This document shows positions 9,321-18,466 of a stretch of 64,000 nucleotides of DNA, piece by piece. This DNA is from an uncultured Elusimicrobiaceae bacterium (GTDB lineage Bacteria > Elusimicrobiota > Endomicrobiia > Endomicrobiales > Endomicrobiaceae): contig CAZASN010000005.1 of the NCBI GenBank assembly GCA_964487915.1, forward strand, positions 13,065-77,064, written 5' to 3'. The first letter of the stretch is position 1. Every line of letters starts with the position of its first letter. A model generated the notes under the pieces. That model saw only the letters and a program-made list of their open reading frames with translations, had not been told where the DNA came from and did no database searches. Position numbers and translations under genes: made by a program.

Positions 9321-10082
9321 ATGCATGAAATTATTTCTATCAAAAATGTTTCCGTATCAAGAGGCGGGAAACAGGTTTTAAAAAATATAAATTGGACGAC
9401 TTATTCCGGTGAAAATTGGGTTCTTATGGGTCAGAACGGCTCCGGCAAGACGACTCTTATAGAAATACTGGTTGGATATTTATGGCCGCAGGAAGGCACT
9501 GTATCAATACTTGGAGAGGAATTCGGACATATCAGTCTGCGCGAGTTAAGGGCGAAAGTCGGATATGTTTCTTCATGGATTATGAAAAGGATGCAGCCTT
9601 ACGTTCTTGTTGAAGACGTTGTGGCGTCAGGAATTGACGGGTCAGTCGGTTTTTTTGAAGACAAATCCGGCAGCATTGTAAATAACGTAAAAGAAAAACT
9701 TGATTTTTTTAATTCTTCAGATCTTTTCGGCAGGAAATTCGGAACTCTTTCTTCAGGCCAGCAGTTAAAATGTATATTGGCAAGGGCGATGATAAACAAT
9801 CCGAAACTGCTTATTCTTGACGAACCCTTTTCTCTTTTAGACGTAGGCACAAGAATTGATATGTATGAACATATAACCGAACTCTGCGCCGAAAATCAGG
9901 CTCCGCAAATTATAATGGTTACGCATCATAAAGAGGATATAATTCCTGCGTTTACCCACGGACTTTTAATTAAAGACGGTCAAACCGCCGCTTATGGCAA
10001 AAAAGAAGACATATTAAATCAGGATATTTTTTCAAAAGTATTCGGAATAAGCTCGCAGAATTATGAAAAATATTTTTTATAA
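9321..10082 (+). CDS. orphan ABC transporter ATP-binding protein
   Basis: Walker A GQNGSGKTTL, signature LSSGQQ, Walker B LLILDEP. No permease or binding protein adjacent. Confidence 0.85.
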   Translation: MHEIISIKNVSVSRGGKQVLKNINWTTYSGENWVLMGQNGSGKTTLIEILVGYLWPQEGTVSILGEEFGHISLRELRAKVGYVSSWIMKRMQPYVLVEDVVASGIDGSVGFFEDKSGSIVNNVKEKLDFFNSSDLFGRKFGTLSSGQQLKCILARAMINNPKLLILDEPFSLLDVGTRIDMYEHITELCAENQAPQIIMVTHHKEDIIPAFTHGLLIKDGQTAAYGKKEDILNQDIFSKVFGISSQNYEKYFL

Positions 10083-10671
10083 AAGCGAACAAAAAAATAT
10101 GTTCAAAAAAACTACGAAATTTTTTATTCTTTCTTTAAGCGTTCTGTTTTTTTTTGCCGGATTGTATTATTCTTACAACTGGTTTACCGGCAATTTCCAT
10201 ACCGTAACAGCAGGCAAGGCATACAGATCAAAACAGCTTAACAAAAAACAATTAGAGCATTATATAAAAAAATATGAAATTAAAAGTATTCTAAATCTGC
10301 GCGGAAGCGAGCCGGGCAAAGAATGGTATGAAAATGAAATTTCAGTCAGTAAAGCCTGCGGAGTAAAACATTATGATTTGGAGTTGCCGGCAATGTTTGA
10401 ACCTGCAGATGAAGATATTGATAATGTAATCAATATTCTAAAATCGGCTCCGAAACCTGTTCTTATCCACTGTTTGGGCGGGGCCGACAGATCGGGACTT
10501 GTTTCTGCAATATGGAAAATTGCAATTGATAAAGAACCTAAGCATAAAGCTTCAAAACAACTTTCATTTTTGTACGGGCATATGCCTTTCGGAAAAGCAA
10601 GAGCCATGGACAGATGGCTCTTATCGCATGATTTCAATTATGACACAGGTAAAATCACGAAATTAAGATAA
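10063..10671 (+). CDS. membrane-anchored Cys-based (CX5R) protein tyrosine/dual-specificity phosphatase family protein
   Basis: Active-site loop HCLGGADRSG. N-terminal TM segment. Start uncertain (ATG 10063 overlaps the upstream gene; alternative ATG at 10099). Confidence 0.75.
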   Translation: MKNIFYKSEQKNMFKKTTKFFILSLSVLFFFAGLYYSYNWFTGNFHTVTAGKAYRSKQLNKKQLEHYIKKYEIKSILNLRGSEPGKEWYENEISVSKACGVKHYDLELPAMFEPADEDIDNVINILKSAPKPVLIHCLGGADRSGLVSAIWKIAIDKEPKHKASKQLSFLYGHMPFGKARAMDRWLLSHDFNYDTGKITKLR

Positions 10672-10674
10672 AAA

Positions 10675-11709
10675 TTAAATTTCATTTTTTTTAATATAAT
10701 CAAATATCATTTTTGCAATTTCGTCGTTTGCTTTTGGAGAAGGATGAAAATCTTTAAGCCTATAAGGGGCATAATCAAAATATTGAGGTAAGAATAGAAT
10801 ATTTAATCCTGAATTTTTCAGTTTGATATTCATTGAATTTTCTATTCCCCATACTATAATAAATAATTTTGAGTTATACTTCGTTCTTATAATTTTATCC
10901 ATTTCTTTTAATGAATCTATCATGTAATCTTCATAAAATGTGCGGTTGATTCTATTGAATAGGTCGAGAAATACGGCGTTAAAAATATAACACTTCGAAA
11001 AGAAATTCAATATGAATCCGTACGGTTGATCCGGAGAAATAAAACGCCCGTTTTTATACAGCCAGTCTCTGTTTCCGACATATTGAAAATTTCTTTTCAT
11101 GCTCTGGTCCATCAGCGTATAAATAAATAATTTAATATTTGAATTTTTTTTAATAAAACTGTCAAAGATATTGCTTTTAAGAATATTTAGTGCGGTATTG
11201 CTGCTTCGTCCCTGACAACCGCAATTCAAAACATTAGCTCTAAAATTCATAAGTTTTGAAAAATAATAAGTTAGAGTCTGCGTGTCGCTAAGCAAATTGC
11301 CGAAAACAAAAGAACAGCCGAAAAAAACATAACTTTCATTAGAATTTATGTCACATTGAGTATATCTGAATCCATTTTCGTAAGTAGTGTATACCACTCC
11401 TTCAAAATTTTTATCGCTAACAGTATAAGTGTCAATTATTTTTTTAAGATTTTTTGCGGATAACGGCTTTATTTCACTGCCTTGAGTGTAATCCGTAAAT
11501 TTATCGGTATTATTAAAAGTTAATATGAATTCTATGCAAAATAATGAAAATAATAATGAAAATAATAAAAGGAATATTTTTTTATACAAAGATTTTTTTA
11601 AAAATACGGCAAGTAAAAAAAATATGAAAGATAATAAAATAAAAGTATATGCGAATTTATACGGAGAAATGAGTAAATAATTGTATATAAATAAAATATA
11701 GTGTTTCAT
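10675..11709 (-). CDS. membrane-anchored SGNH/GDSL-like protein (paralog B)
   Basis: 344 aa. GFRYT, YVFFGCSFVFG, TYYFSKLMNF..VLNCG..SSNTALNILKSNI, KYNSKL and DFHPSP align block by block with 4159..5199. Confidence 0.55.
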   Translation of the reverse strand: MKHYILFIYNYLLISPYKFAYTFILLSFIFFLLAVFLKKSLYKKIFLLLFSLLFSLFCIEFILTFNNTDKFTDYTQGSEIKPLSAKNLKKIIDTYTVSDKNFEGVVYTTYENGFRYTQCDINSNESYVFFGCSFVFGNLLSDTQTLTYYFSKLMNFRANVLNCGCQGRSSNTALNILKSNIFDSFIKKNSNIKLFIYTLMDQSMKRNFQYVGNRDWLYKNGRFISPDQPYGFILNFFSKCYIFNAVFLDLFNRINRTFYEDYMIDSLKEMDKIIRTKYNSKLFIIVWGIENSMNIKLKNSGLNILFLPQYFDYAPYRLKDFHPSPKANDEIAKMIFDYIKKNEI

Positions 11710-12050
11710 CTTAAATTGAATAAATACAAAAGTAATATATAATCCACGACAATCATATAATAAAAATTATAAATGTTCAATATGTTTGTCGGATAAAATA
11801 TAAAAATATTTTTTATTGAAAAATTTGTCCATATTGTTTATAATAAACATGATATTATTTTTTTCTGTTGTTCAAGTTGAAGCGCTTCCGTTTATACGGT
11901 CAAAAATCAGTTTTTTCAGTTGTTTCTAAAATTAATATTAAAATAAGGCGGATTTTTGGTATGAAAAAAGATTTATCTATCCCGGTGATAAAAATCTTTT
12001 GCTTTATATAAAAATAAACTTGCGCTAAACAGCGGCAAGGGGGAGGTTTT

Positions 12051-13364
12051 TTGGTTTTTGACAATAAATATAAAATGACAAAAAAAGTAAAAAACGCTAA
12101 TTGGAAAGATTGGACCTGGCATATCAGACATTCAATAAAAACACTGAAACAGTTTGAAGAAATAACCGAAATTAAATTTACTCCGGAAGAAAAAACAGTT
12201 CTTGAAGAAACAATAAAAAAATTCCCGCTCAGCATTACTCCGTATTATCTTTCTCTGATAGATTTGCAAAATTATAAAACGGATCCCGTATATCTGCAGT
12301 CTTTTCCTTCTACAAAAGAACTTAACGTATTGCCGCACGAAATGACTGATCCTTTATCTGAGGATAAAGATTCTCCCGCGCCTTATCTTACTCACAGATA
12401 TCCGGACAGGGTTTTGCTGCACGTAAGCAATCTGTGTTCAATGTACTGCCGGCACTGTACCAGAAAAAGAAAGGTGGGGGATAAAGATTCAATCCCGTCT
12501 TTTGAAGAACTTGAAGAGGCTTTTAAATATATAGAAAAAAACGGAAAGATAAGAGATGTGCTTTTATCCGGCGGCGATCCGTTGATGCTTTCCGACGAAT
12601 ATATTGATAAAATACTTGCAAAAATATCACAAATTTCTCATATTGAAATAATAAGAATCGGTACTAGAACTCCGGTAGTATTACCTTACAGAATAACGCC
12701 TAAACTGATAAAAGTTCTCAAAAAATACAGACCTCTTTATATAAACACCCACTTTAATCATCCGAGAGAACTTACGAACTCGTCAAAAAAAGCGCTTGCA
12801 ATGCTTGCAGACGCAGGTATAGTTCTCGGAAACCAGTCCGTATTGCTTGCCGGAGTAAACGATTGTCCCAGAATAATAAAAACTTTATGCCAAAAACTTG
12901 TAAAAAACAGAGTAAGGCCTTATTATCTGTATCAATGCGACCTTTCCGAAGGGCTTACTCATTTTAGAACCCCCGTAAATAAGGGGATTGAAATAATTGA
13001 AAGCATGATAGGACATACTTCGGGTTTTGCAAGACCGATTTACGTAATAGATGCGCCCGGCGGGGGCGGAAAAATTCCGGTTGAACCCAACTACATAATT
13101 TCATGGGGAGCAAACAAAGTCATACTGAGAAATTATGAGGGAGTTATTACCACATATAAGGAACCGGATTTTTACGAAGCCACTTTTTGCAACAGAGACT
13201 GCGTTAACTGTAAACTTCAGCTTAATCTTGAAGAAGCCAATAAATTTTCTACAATAGGTATAGAAAAATTGCTGTCTGATACGGATAAAACCATATCTCT
13301 TGTGCCGAGCGTAAATCAGAGAATGAAAAGAAGAAAGAGAAATAAAACAAATGGAAACGGATAA
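12051..13364 (+). CDS. kamA: L-lysine 2,3-aminomutase (radical SAM, PLP)
   Basis: Near-collinear with the remembered Clostridium subterminale KamA: [32 protein letters not shown] (CxxxCxxC), [36 protein letters not shown] start after GGGGGAGG; ATG at 12075 is an alternative. Confidence 0.9.
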   Translation: MVFDNKYKMTKKVKNANWKDWTWHIRHSIKTLKQFEEITEIKFTPEEKTVLEETIKKFPLSITPYYLSLIDLQNYKTDPVYLQSFPSTKELNVLPHEMTDPLSEDKDSPAPYLTHRYPDRVLLHVSNLCSMYCRHCTRKRKVGDKDSIPSFEELEEAFKYIEKNGKIRDVLLSGGDPLMLSDEYIDKILAKISQISHIEIIRIGTRTPVVLPYRITPKLIKVLKKYRPLYINTHFNHPRELTNSSKKALAMLADAGIVLGNQSVLLAGVNDCPRIIKTLCQKLVKNRVRPYYLYQCDLSEGLTHFRTPVNKGIEIIESMIGHTSGFARPIYVIDAPGGGGKIPVEPNYIISWGANKVILRNYEGVITTYKEPDFYEATFCNRDCVNCKLQLNLEEANKFSTIGIEKLLSDTDKTISLVPSVNQRMKRRKRNKTNGNG

Positions 13365-14190
13365 AATAGAAAAAATCAACGGCGCATATATGCAGCACGG
13401 TAAAAATAATAACAGAATTTACATAATGAAAGCGTCTTCCGACGCCGAGACTATGATAAAAAACGCTGATGAATTGGCCGTTAAAAAAGGATATTCAAAA
13501 ATATTTGCAAAAATTCCGAATTCTTTATCGGGGAAATTTTTTAACGCCGGATATGTTAAAGAAGCGTGTGTGCCTGGATACTATAACGGAGCCGAAGACG
13601 CAGACTTTGTTTGTAAATATTTTTCAAAAGAACGCTCAAAAGCCGCAAATATTAAAGAAATAAAAACCGTTATCGGACTTGCCGAAAATAAAAAAAATGA
13701 TGTTTGCTCAAAAGAAAATATTAAATATAAAATAATAATCTGTAATAAAGAAAATTCAATAGAAATGTCCGATATTTATAAAATTGTTTTTACAACGTAT
13801 CCTTTTCCTATACATGACAGCCGTTATATTGAAAAAACAATGGATGAAAATATAGTATATTTCGGCGCAGTTTATAACGGAAAACTTGCCGCCTTATCTT
13901 CTTGTGAAATTGATATTGAATCGCAAAGCGTTGAGATGACGGACTTTGCGACATTACCCGAACATTTGGGAAACGGTATTGCTTTGGCGCTTTTAAAAAA
14001 AATGGAACAGGAAATGATAAACAGAAGAATAATTACGGCATATACCATAGCGCGAGCCGAATCAGCCGGTATGAATGTAACTTTTGCCAAAAACGGATAT
14101 AAATACTGCGGAACATTGGTAAACAACACCAACATTTCCGGTCAAATTGAAAGTATGAACGTATGGGTTAAAAAACTCCGGAGCCTGTAA
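13351..14190 (+). CDS. ablB: putative beta-lysine N6-acetyltransferase (GNAT, AblB-like)
   Basis: 279 aa. C-terminal GNAT fold motif ([18 protein letters not shown]). Overlaps the kamA stop by 14 nt. Size and position match the remembered TIGR03827 ablB family. Confidence 0.6.
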   Translation: METDKIEKINGAYMQHGKNNNRIYIMKASSDAETMIKNADELAVKKGYSKIFAKIPNSLSGKFFNAGYVKEACVPGYYNGAEDADFVCKYFSKERSKAANIKEIKTVIGLAENKKNDVCSKENIKYKIIICNKENSIEMSDIYKIVFTTYPFPIHDSRYIEKTMDENIVYFGAVYNGKLAALSSCEIDIESQSVEMTDFATLPEHLGNGIALALLKKMEQEMINRRIITAYTIARAESAGMNVTFAKNGYKYCGTLVNNTNISGQIESMNVWVKKLRSL

Positions 14191-14271
14191 ATTTTTCCGT
14201 TGAGAATATATTCAAAATAATTTATAATTCATTTGCATTTTTATCGGAATTATTTAAAAAGGGGGATAAAT

Positions 14272-14733
14272 ATGAAAAAAATCTTTTTGTGTGTTTTATT
14301 TTGCGCCGCATTTATTTTTACGTTTAAAACACAGGCGCTTGCGCATTGTCAGGTTCCGTGCGGAATTTATGGAGACGAACTTCGTTTTTCAATGATGGAA
14401 GAAGATATTTCAACTATTGAAAAATCCGTAAATGAAATTAATAAACTCTCTCAGGTTCCGGGCAATTATAATCAGCTTGTAAGATGGATTAATACAAAAG
14501 AAGACCACGCGGATAATATAATGAAAACCGCCGGAGATTATTTTATCGCGCAGAGAGTTCCCGTTCCTCAGGACGCAGACAATAAAGATAAAACTTATTG
14601 CTCAAAAATATCGCTTCTTCATAAAATTATTGTATATGCCATGAAAACAAAACAGTCGGCTGATCTTTCCAATGTTGAAAAACTAAAAAATTCAGTCGCT
14701 GAATTTAAAAAAATATATTTTGAACAAAAATAA
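14272..14733 (+). CDS. sodN: nickel superoxide dismutase precursor with Sec-type signal peptide
   Basis: GGGGGA RBS before ATG 14272. MKKIFLCVLFCAAFIFTFKTQALA is followed by HCQVPCGIYGD, the HCxxPCGxY Ni-hook motif. The ORF-track TTG start at 14233 is less likely. Confidence 0.85.
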   Translation: MKKIFLCVLFCAAFIFTFKTQALAHCQVPCGIYGDELRFSMMEEDISTIEKSVNEINKLSQVPGNYNQLVRWINTKEDHADNIMKTAGDYFIAQRVPVPQDADNKDKTYCSKISLLHKIIVYAMKTKQSADLSNVEKLKNSVAEFKKIYFEQK

Positions 14734-14817
14734 ATTTTTAATAATTTTAGAGGTTTAAATAAAACATATTATTTATATCTTGAAAAAAAAGATTTTTTTT
14801 TGTAAAATTTCTAAATC

Positions 14818-15120
14818 GTGATATTTTATTACATGGTAGTAACATTACACTTCATAGTTTGTATAGCTCTTATAGCTATAGTTCTCCTTCAGGCAGGAAA
14901 GGGTGGAGGAATGGCTGGTATTTTCGGCGGAGGCGGATCTGATCAGATTTTCAGCGCACCTTCTGGTATGGCATTTATAAAAAAAGTTACGGTTGTTTGT
15001 GCGGTTTTGTTTATGTTGACTTCACTTACGTTAACCTTATTGTCATCAAGAATCAGCATGGCATCTGTTATAAATCAGATTCAGAATATTCCCGTAGCGT
15101 CTCCTCAACAGCCTAAGTAA
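14818..15120 (+). CDS. secG: preprotein translocase subunit SecG
   Basis: VLLQAGKGGGMAGIFGGGGS motif and two TM segments. Start uncertain (GTG 14818 or ATG 14833). Confidence 0.85.
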   Translation: MIFYYMVVTLHFIVCIALIAIVLLQAGKGGGMAGIFGGGGSDQIFSAPSGMAFIKKVTVVCAVLFMLTSLTLTLLSSRISMASVINQIQNIPVASPQQPK

Positions 15121-15127
15121 GAGGATT

Positions 15128-15209
15128 GCTGGGGTGGCGGAACTGGCATACGCGCACGCTTGAGGTGCGTGTCCTTAACCGGATACGGGTTCAACTCCCG
15201 TCCCCAGCA
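15128..15209 (+). tRNA. leuU: tRNA-Leu(GAG), long variable arm, no encoded CCA
   Basis: Acceptor GCTGGGG/CCCCAGC. D-arm TGGCGGAACTGGCATACGCG. Anticodon stem CACGC/GCGTG with loop TTGAGGT. T-arm GGGTTCAACTCCC. Confidence 0.9.
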
Positions 15210-15224
15210 TATGTCAAAAGTTTT

Positions 15225-15296
15225 GCGGGCGTAGCTCAGTGGTAGAGCGTCTCGTTGCCAACGAGAATGTCGTGGGTTCAAGTCCCATCGCCCGCT
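15225..15296 (+). tRNA. tRNA-Gly(GCC)
   Basis: Acceptor GCGGGCG/CGCCCGC. Anticodon stem TCTCG/CGAGA with loop TTGCCAA. T-arm GTGGGTTCAAGTCCCAT. Confidence 0.9.
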
Positions 15297-15312
15297 TTTG
15301 ATAATTAATATC

Positions 15313-15354
15313 CGACGGTAAAAGCTTCATAATCGGCTTTAACGTCGTTTTTTT
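15313..15354 (+). terminator. rho-independent terminator after tRNA-Gly
   Basis: Imperfect stem cgacggtaaaagc / gctttaacgtcg followed by an 8-T run. Confidence 0.55.
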
Positions 15355-15364
15355 ATTCAACAAT

Positions 15365-15393
15365 TTGCAAATTAACGCAGGTTTTTGTAAATT
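15365..15393 (+). promoter_or_regulatory. candidate sigma70-type promoter for tRNA-Ala
   Basis: TTGCAA (15365-15370), 17-nt spacer, TAAATT (15388-15393), about 22 nt before the tRNA 5' end. Confidence 0.35.
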
Positions 15394-15415
15394 AAATAAT
15401 AAATAGCATTTAAAA

Positions 15416-15488
15416 GGGGCTGTAGCTCAGCTGGGAGAGCGCTTCGTTCGCAACGAAGAGGCCGTCGGTTCAATCCCGATCAGCTCCA
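15416..15488 (+). tRNA. tRNA-Ala(CGC)
   Basis: Acceptor GGGGCTG/CAGCTCC with the G3:U70 identity pair. Anticodon stem CTTCG/CGAAG with loop TTCGCAA. Confidence 0.9.
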
Positions 15489-15561
15489 TTTTTTCTTCGG
15501 CTTTTGAATTTTCCTAATGATTAGATACTTTGTTTAAAAATAATAAAAAATTTTGCAAAAT

Positions 15562-15599
15562 AAAAAAACGGAAGGACAAAATATGTCCTCCCGTTTTTT
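15562..15599. terminator. bidirectional rho-independent terminator between the tRNA cluster and convergent btuB-like gene
   Basis: 11-bp stem acggaaggaca / tgtcctcccgt (one mismatch), flanked by an A-run upstream and a T-run downstream. Confidence 0.75.
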
Positions 15600-15621
15600 G
15601 TTTGGCGTTAAATATTTATTG

Positions 15622-17442
15622 TTAAAACTTTATGTCTATTCCGCTGTATCCCGTTATGCCGGGCATCGGATAATCGTAACTGATTTGGTATTTTTCATTT
15701 GTTATATTATCGCATTTTGCCCATACTGATATATTTTTTGTTATTCTGTAATCAACTCTTAAATTTACTGTGCAGTAATCTTTTAAATAATTTCTGTATT
15801 CGTCAAGAGTCGTTGCGACATACGATATATCTGCGTTTACTTTAACCTGCTCCAGCGGCAATACCGTAAGAACATAGTTTATTTTATGCATAGGTTTGTA
15901 AGTTAAATCCTTTTTTGTTTTTTTGTCTTCTGCCCTTAAATATGTGTAATTTAATTTGTGTTTTATTATTTTATACATATCGTATCCGATTTCAACTTCA
16001 TATCCGTACTGTTTTGTTTCTCCGATATTCTGAGCCTGATACTGATAATATACGGGATCGACGAGTATGTTTTGTATAAGGTTATTGGTGTCAATATAAA
16101 AACACGTAAATGCGGCGTTAAAGTCTTTTAGAGAGTATTCAACGCCTATGTCGCTTGAAGTTCCCTGTTCGGGTTTTAAATCATGGTTTGGAATATACCA
16201 CGTATTGTCTCCGTAAATTTGTCCGAACGTAGGGGCATTCCATACTTTGCTTATGTTTGCTGATATTTTTATGGATTCGCTCGCTTTAAATACGGCAGAT
16301 AAAGCCGGCGTCGCAACATCTGAATAATCCGTATTCATATCGGCTCTTATTACGGGTATTAAAGTAAGTTTGTCTATATTTAATAACGTTTGCATATAAA
16401 AAGCCGAATTTTCTCTGTTGCGGTTTACCTGTTCAACGGAGGACATATTATCAAACTGTTTGTAAGTTGTTTTTTCCCATTCCATACCCGTAAAGAAAAT
16501 TTCTTTATAAACAAACAAAGATTTTAGCCCTACGGTGTCAGTGTAATAAGTATTGTCATAAAAATTCGGAATATCGTAAGCTTTTCTTTTGTTCTGAGAG
16601 TTATATCCCGATATTTTTATGTCAAAATCCTGATAACGCGTGTTGTAATCAAGTTTTGAATAGTTGTTGTTTTCAAATTGTTTTGCAGTGTCTGAAGCCC
16701 ATGACAAAGGACCGGGATTACCGAGATCAGAATCTAAAATCTGTCCTGAAAAAGCAATCTCGGAGTTTTCAGTCGGTTTTACGGCAAAATTTCCGAAAAT
16801 ATTTTTTGAATTATAGAAAGAATTGTTTCTGTATCCGTCGCTTGACAAAAGAGAAGGAGCGACAAGCAGAGATATGTTTTCATCCGCATAGGAGCCTGTA
16901 ATTCCGGCGTTTATCGTATTAAAAGTCCCGTATGAAAAATACGGATTTACTTTCGGAGTAAAAACATCGGCTTTTTTTGTTATTACGTTTATTACGCCGC
17001 CGAAAGCGCCCGTGCCGTACATTGCGCTGCCTGAACCTCTTATTATTTCAACTTTTTCAATCATGCTTGCCGGTATTGAAGCAAAATCGGCTCCGCCGCC
17101 GGTTCCTATTTCGTTTATTCTTCTTCCGTCAACAAGAACGAGAGTCTGTCCGGCAGAGGCTCCTCTTATTGAAATTGAGACAGCCTGTCCCAAAGGACCG
17201 TAACTTTTAAAAGATATACCCGGTTCGTCTTTCAAAACGTCTCCGAGAGTTTTTGCGTTTTTTTCTTCAATATTTTTACGGGTTATTACGGTTAAATTCG
17301 TGCCGAGGTCTTTTAACGGTTCGGCAAATTTTGTAAGAGAAAGAAATACTTCTCCGTTTTCGCTTTGCGCGTCATATTCCTGAGACGCAAAAATCTGCGA
17401 GCATAAAGCCATTGTCATAACAAATAAAATAAATTTCTTCAT
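15622..17442 (-). CDS. btuB: TonB-dependent outer-membrane receptor, probable cobalamin receptor
   Basis: Signal peptide, plug-domain motifs (ISIRGASAGQTLVLVDGRRIN, IEIIRGSGSAMYGTGAFGGVINVITK), C-terminal ...GIDIKF. Directly preceded by a cobalamin riboswitch. Confidence 0.8.
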   Translation of the reverse strand: MKKFILFVMTMALCSQIFASQEYDAQSENGEVFLSLTKFAEPLKDLGTNLTVITRKNIEEKNAKTLGDVLKDEPGISFKSYGPLGQAVSISIRGASAGQTLVLVDGRRINEIGTGGGADFASIPASMIEKVEIIRGSGSAMYGTGAFGGVINVITKKADVFTPKVNPYFSYGTFNTINAGITGSYADENISLLVAPSLLSSDGYRNNSFYNSKNIFGNFAVKPTENSEIAFSGQILDSDLGNPGPLSWASDTAKQFENNNYSKLDYNTRYQDFDIKISGYNSQNKRKAYDIPNFYDNTYYTDTVGLKSLFVYKEIFFTGMEWEKTTYKQFDNMSSVEQVNRNRENSAFYMQTLLNIDKLTLIPVIRADMNTDYSDVATPALSAVFKASESIKISANISKVWNAPTFGQIYGDNTWYIPNHDLKPEQGTSSDIGVEYSLKDFNAAFTCFYIDTNNLIQNILVDPVYYQYQAQNIGETKQYGYEVEIGYDMYKIIKHKLNYTYLRAEDKKTKKDLTYKPMHKINYVLTVLPLEQVKVNADISYVATTLDEYRNYLKDYCTVNLRVDYRITKNISVWAKCDNITNEKYQISYDYPMPGITGYSGIDIKF

Positions 17443-17546
17443 AATTTAATCCTTTTTTAATGATTTTTTGCTGAAATTGAAACGTATAAACGGAATGATA
17501 TTAAGTGTTGAAAATCATAAACGTACCTCCGAGGGTTTCTAAATTT

Positions 17547-17684
17547 AACGATCGGTCTCCTGACTCAGAGCTTTGCGATTTTAGATAAATCCTTCCCGCT
17601 TTGGCAGTGGAGATATCTGCTTTAAATCAGCTCATCACAGTAGCTGGACTGTATCCGAATTTCACGGATTTCCCGTTCATCGTT
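17547..17684 (-). promoter_or_regulatory. cobalamin riboswitch (classical AdoCbl type) in the btuB leader
   Basis: Minus strand reads AACGATGAACGGGAAATCCGTGAAATTCGGATACAGTCCAGCTACTGTGA ... CTCCACTGCC ... GAGTCAGGAGACCGATCGTT. The GGGAA..GTGAAA core, the CCACTG element and the B12 box AGTCAGGAGACC are present. P1 is AACGAT/ATCGTT. Confidence 0.85.
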
Positions 17685-17686
17685 AT

Positions 17687-18466
17687 TTATTTTTCACTGA
17701 AAACAGGTATTACGACCGGTTTGTTTGACACAGGGTTTGTCTTTACAACCACAGTCGTATTATATACCGTTTCTATATCTTTATAATTTAAAACTTCAGT
17801 AGCCGCGCCGCTGCTGAAAATAGTTCCTTTATCCATTAGAATCAAATCGGAACAAAATTCTCCGGCGGCATTTAAATCATGTATTGTCGTTATTATTGTT
17901 TTAGAGTATTTTTTGTTTAAAATTCTCAGCAGCCTGAATATTGAAGACTGGCTTCCGATATCAAGATGCGAAGTGGGCTCGTCAAAAGCTATGATATCGG
18001 TTTCCTGCGCAAGAGTCTGGGCTATAAGAACTTTTTGTCTTTCTCCGCCCGAAAGTTCAAGAATATTTCTTTCGGCAAACTCTTTTGTTCCGGTAAAATC
18101 CATTATTTCTTCAACTTTTTCATAATCGCGTTTTGACGCGTATTTAAAAAAATTCATATGCGGGAATCTTCCGAACATAATGAAATCTTTTACCAAAAAA
18201 GGAAAATCAAGCGGCATATTCTGAGGCATAAAAGAAAGCTTTTCGGCAAATATATTTTTTTTAATTTTATAAATATCGGTTCCGTTAAGTAAAATATTGC
18301 CTGCGTAAGGTTTTAAAAGTCCGGATAATGATTTTAAAAGAGTTGTTTTTCCGGCTCCGTTTTTACCTATTATGCCGACGAAAGAGCCTTTGATAATGTC
18401 AACCGATATGTTTTTTACTACCGGAATTTTATTATATCCGCATGATAAATTTTTAATTTGTATCAT
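17687..18466 (-). CDS. ABC transporter ATP-binding protein, iron-siderophore/cobalamin (FepC/BtuD) type
   Basis: Walker A GKNGAGKTTL, signature LSGGERQ, Walker B IIAFDEPTSHLD. Sits in an operon with a FecCD permease and a BtuF-like binding protein. Confidence 0.85.
   Translation of the reverse strand: MIQIKNLSCGYNKIPVVKNISVDIIKGSFVGIIGKNGAGKTTLLKSLSGLLKPYAGNILLNGTDIYKIKKNIFAEKLSFMPQNMPLDFPFLVKDFIMFGRFPHMNFFKYASKRDYEKVEEIMDFTGTKEFAERNILELSGGERQKVLIAQTLAQETDIIAFDEPTSHLDIGSQSSIFRLLRILNKKYSKTIITTIHDLNAAGEFCSDLILMDKGTIFSSGAATEVLNYKDIETVYNTTVVVKTNPVSNKPVVIPVFSEK

Noticed and set aside
9416-9613. 65-aa alternative-frame ORF within the ABC ATPase gene, and 13469-13663 within the ablB-like gene.
   Set aside because: Both are embedded in genes with clear Walker or GNAT motifs in another frame. 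There is no independent support.
11710-12050. Possible lysine riboswitch or leader peptide in the 341-nt region upstream of kamA (including a 16-codon mini-ORF at 11961-12011, MKKDLSIPVIKIFCFI).
   Set aside because: I could not find the conserved L-box core elements. The mini-ORF is not Lys-rich in a way that suggests attenuation and has only a weak RBS. Only cmscan with RF00168 could settle this.
11900-12235. 111-aa minus-strand ORF spanning the intergenic region and the kamA start.
   Set aside because: It overlaps the well-supported kamA N-terminus, has no recognisable motifs and has an implausible composition. Treated as spurious.
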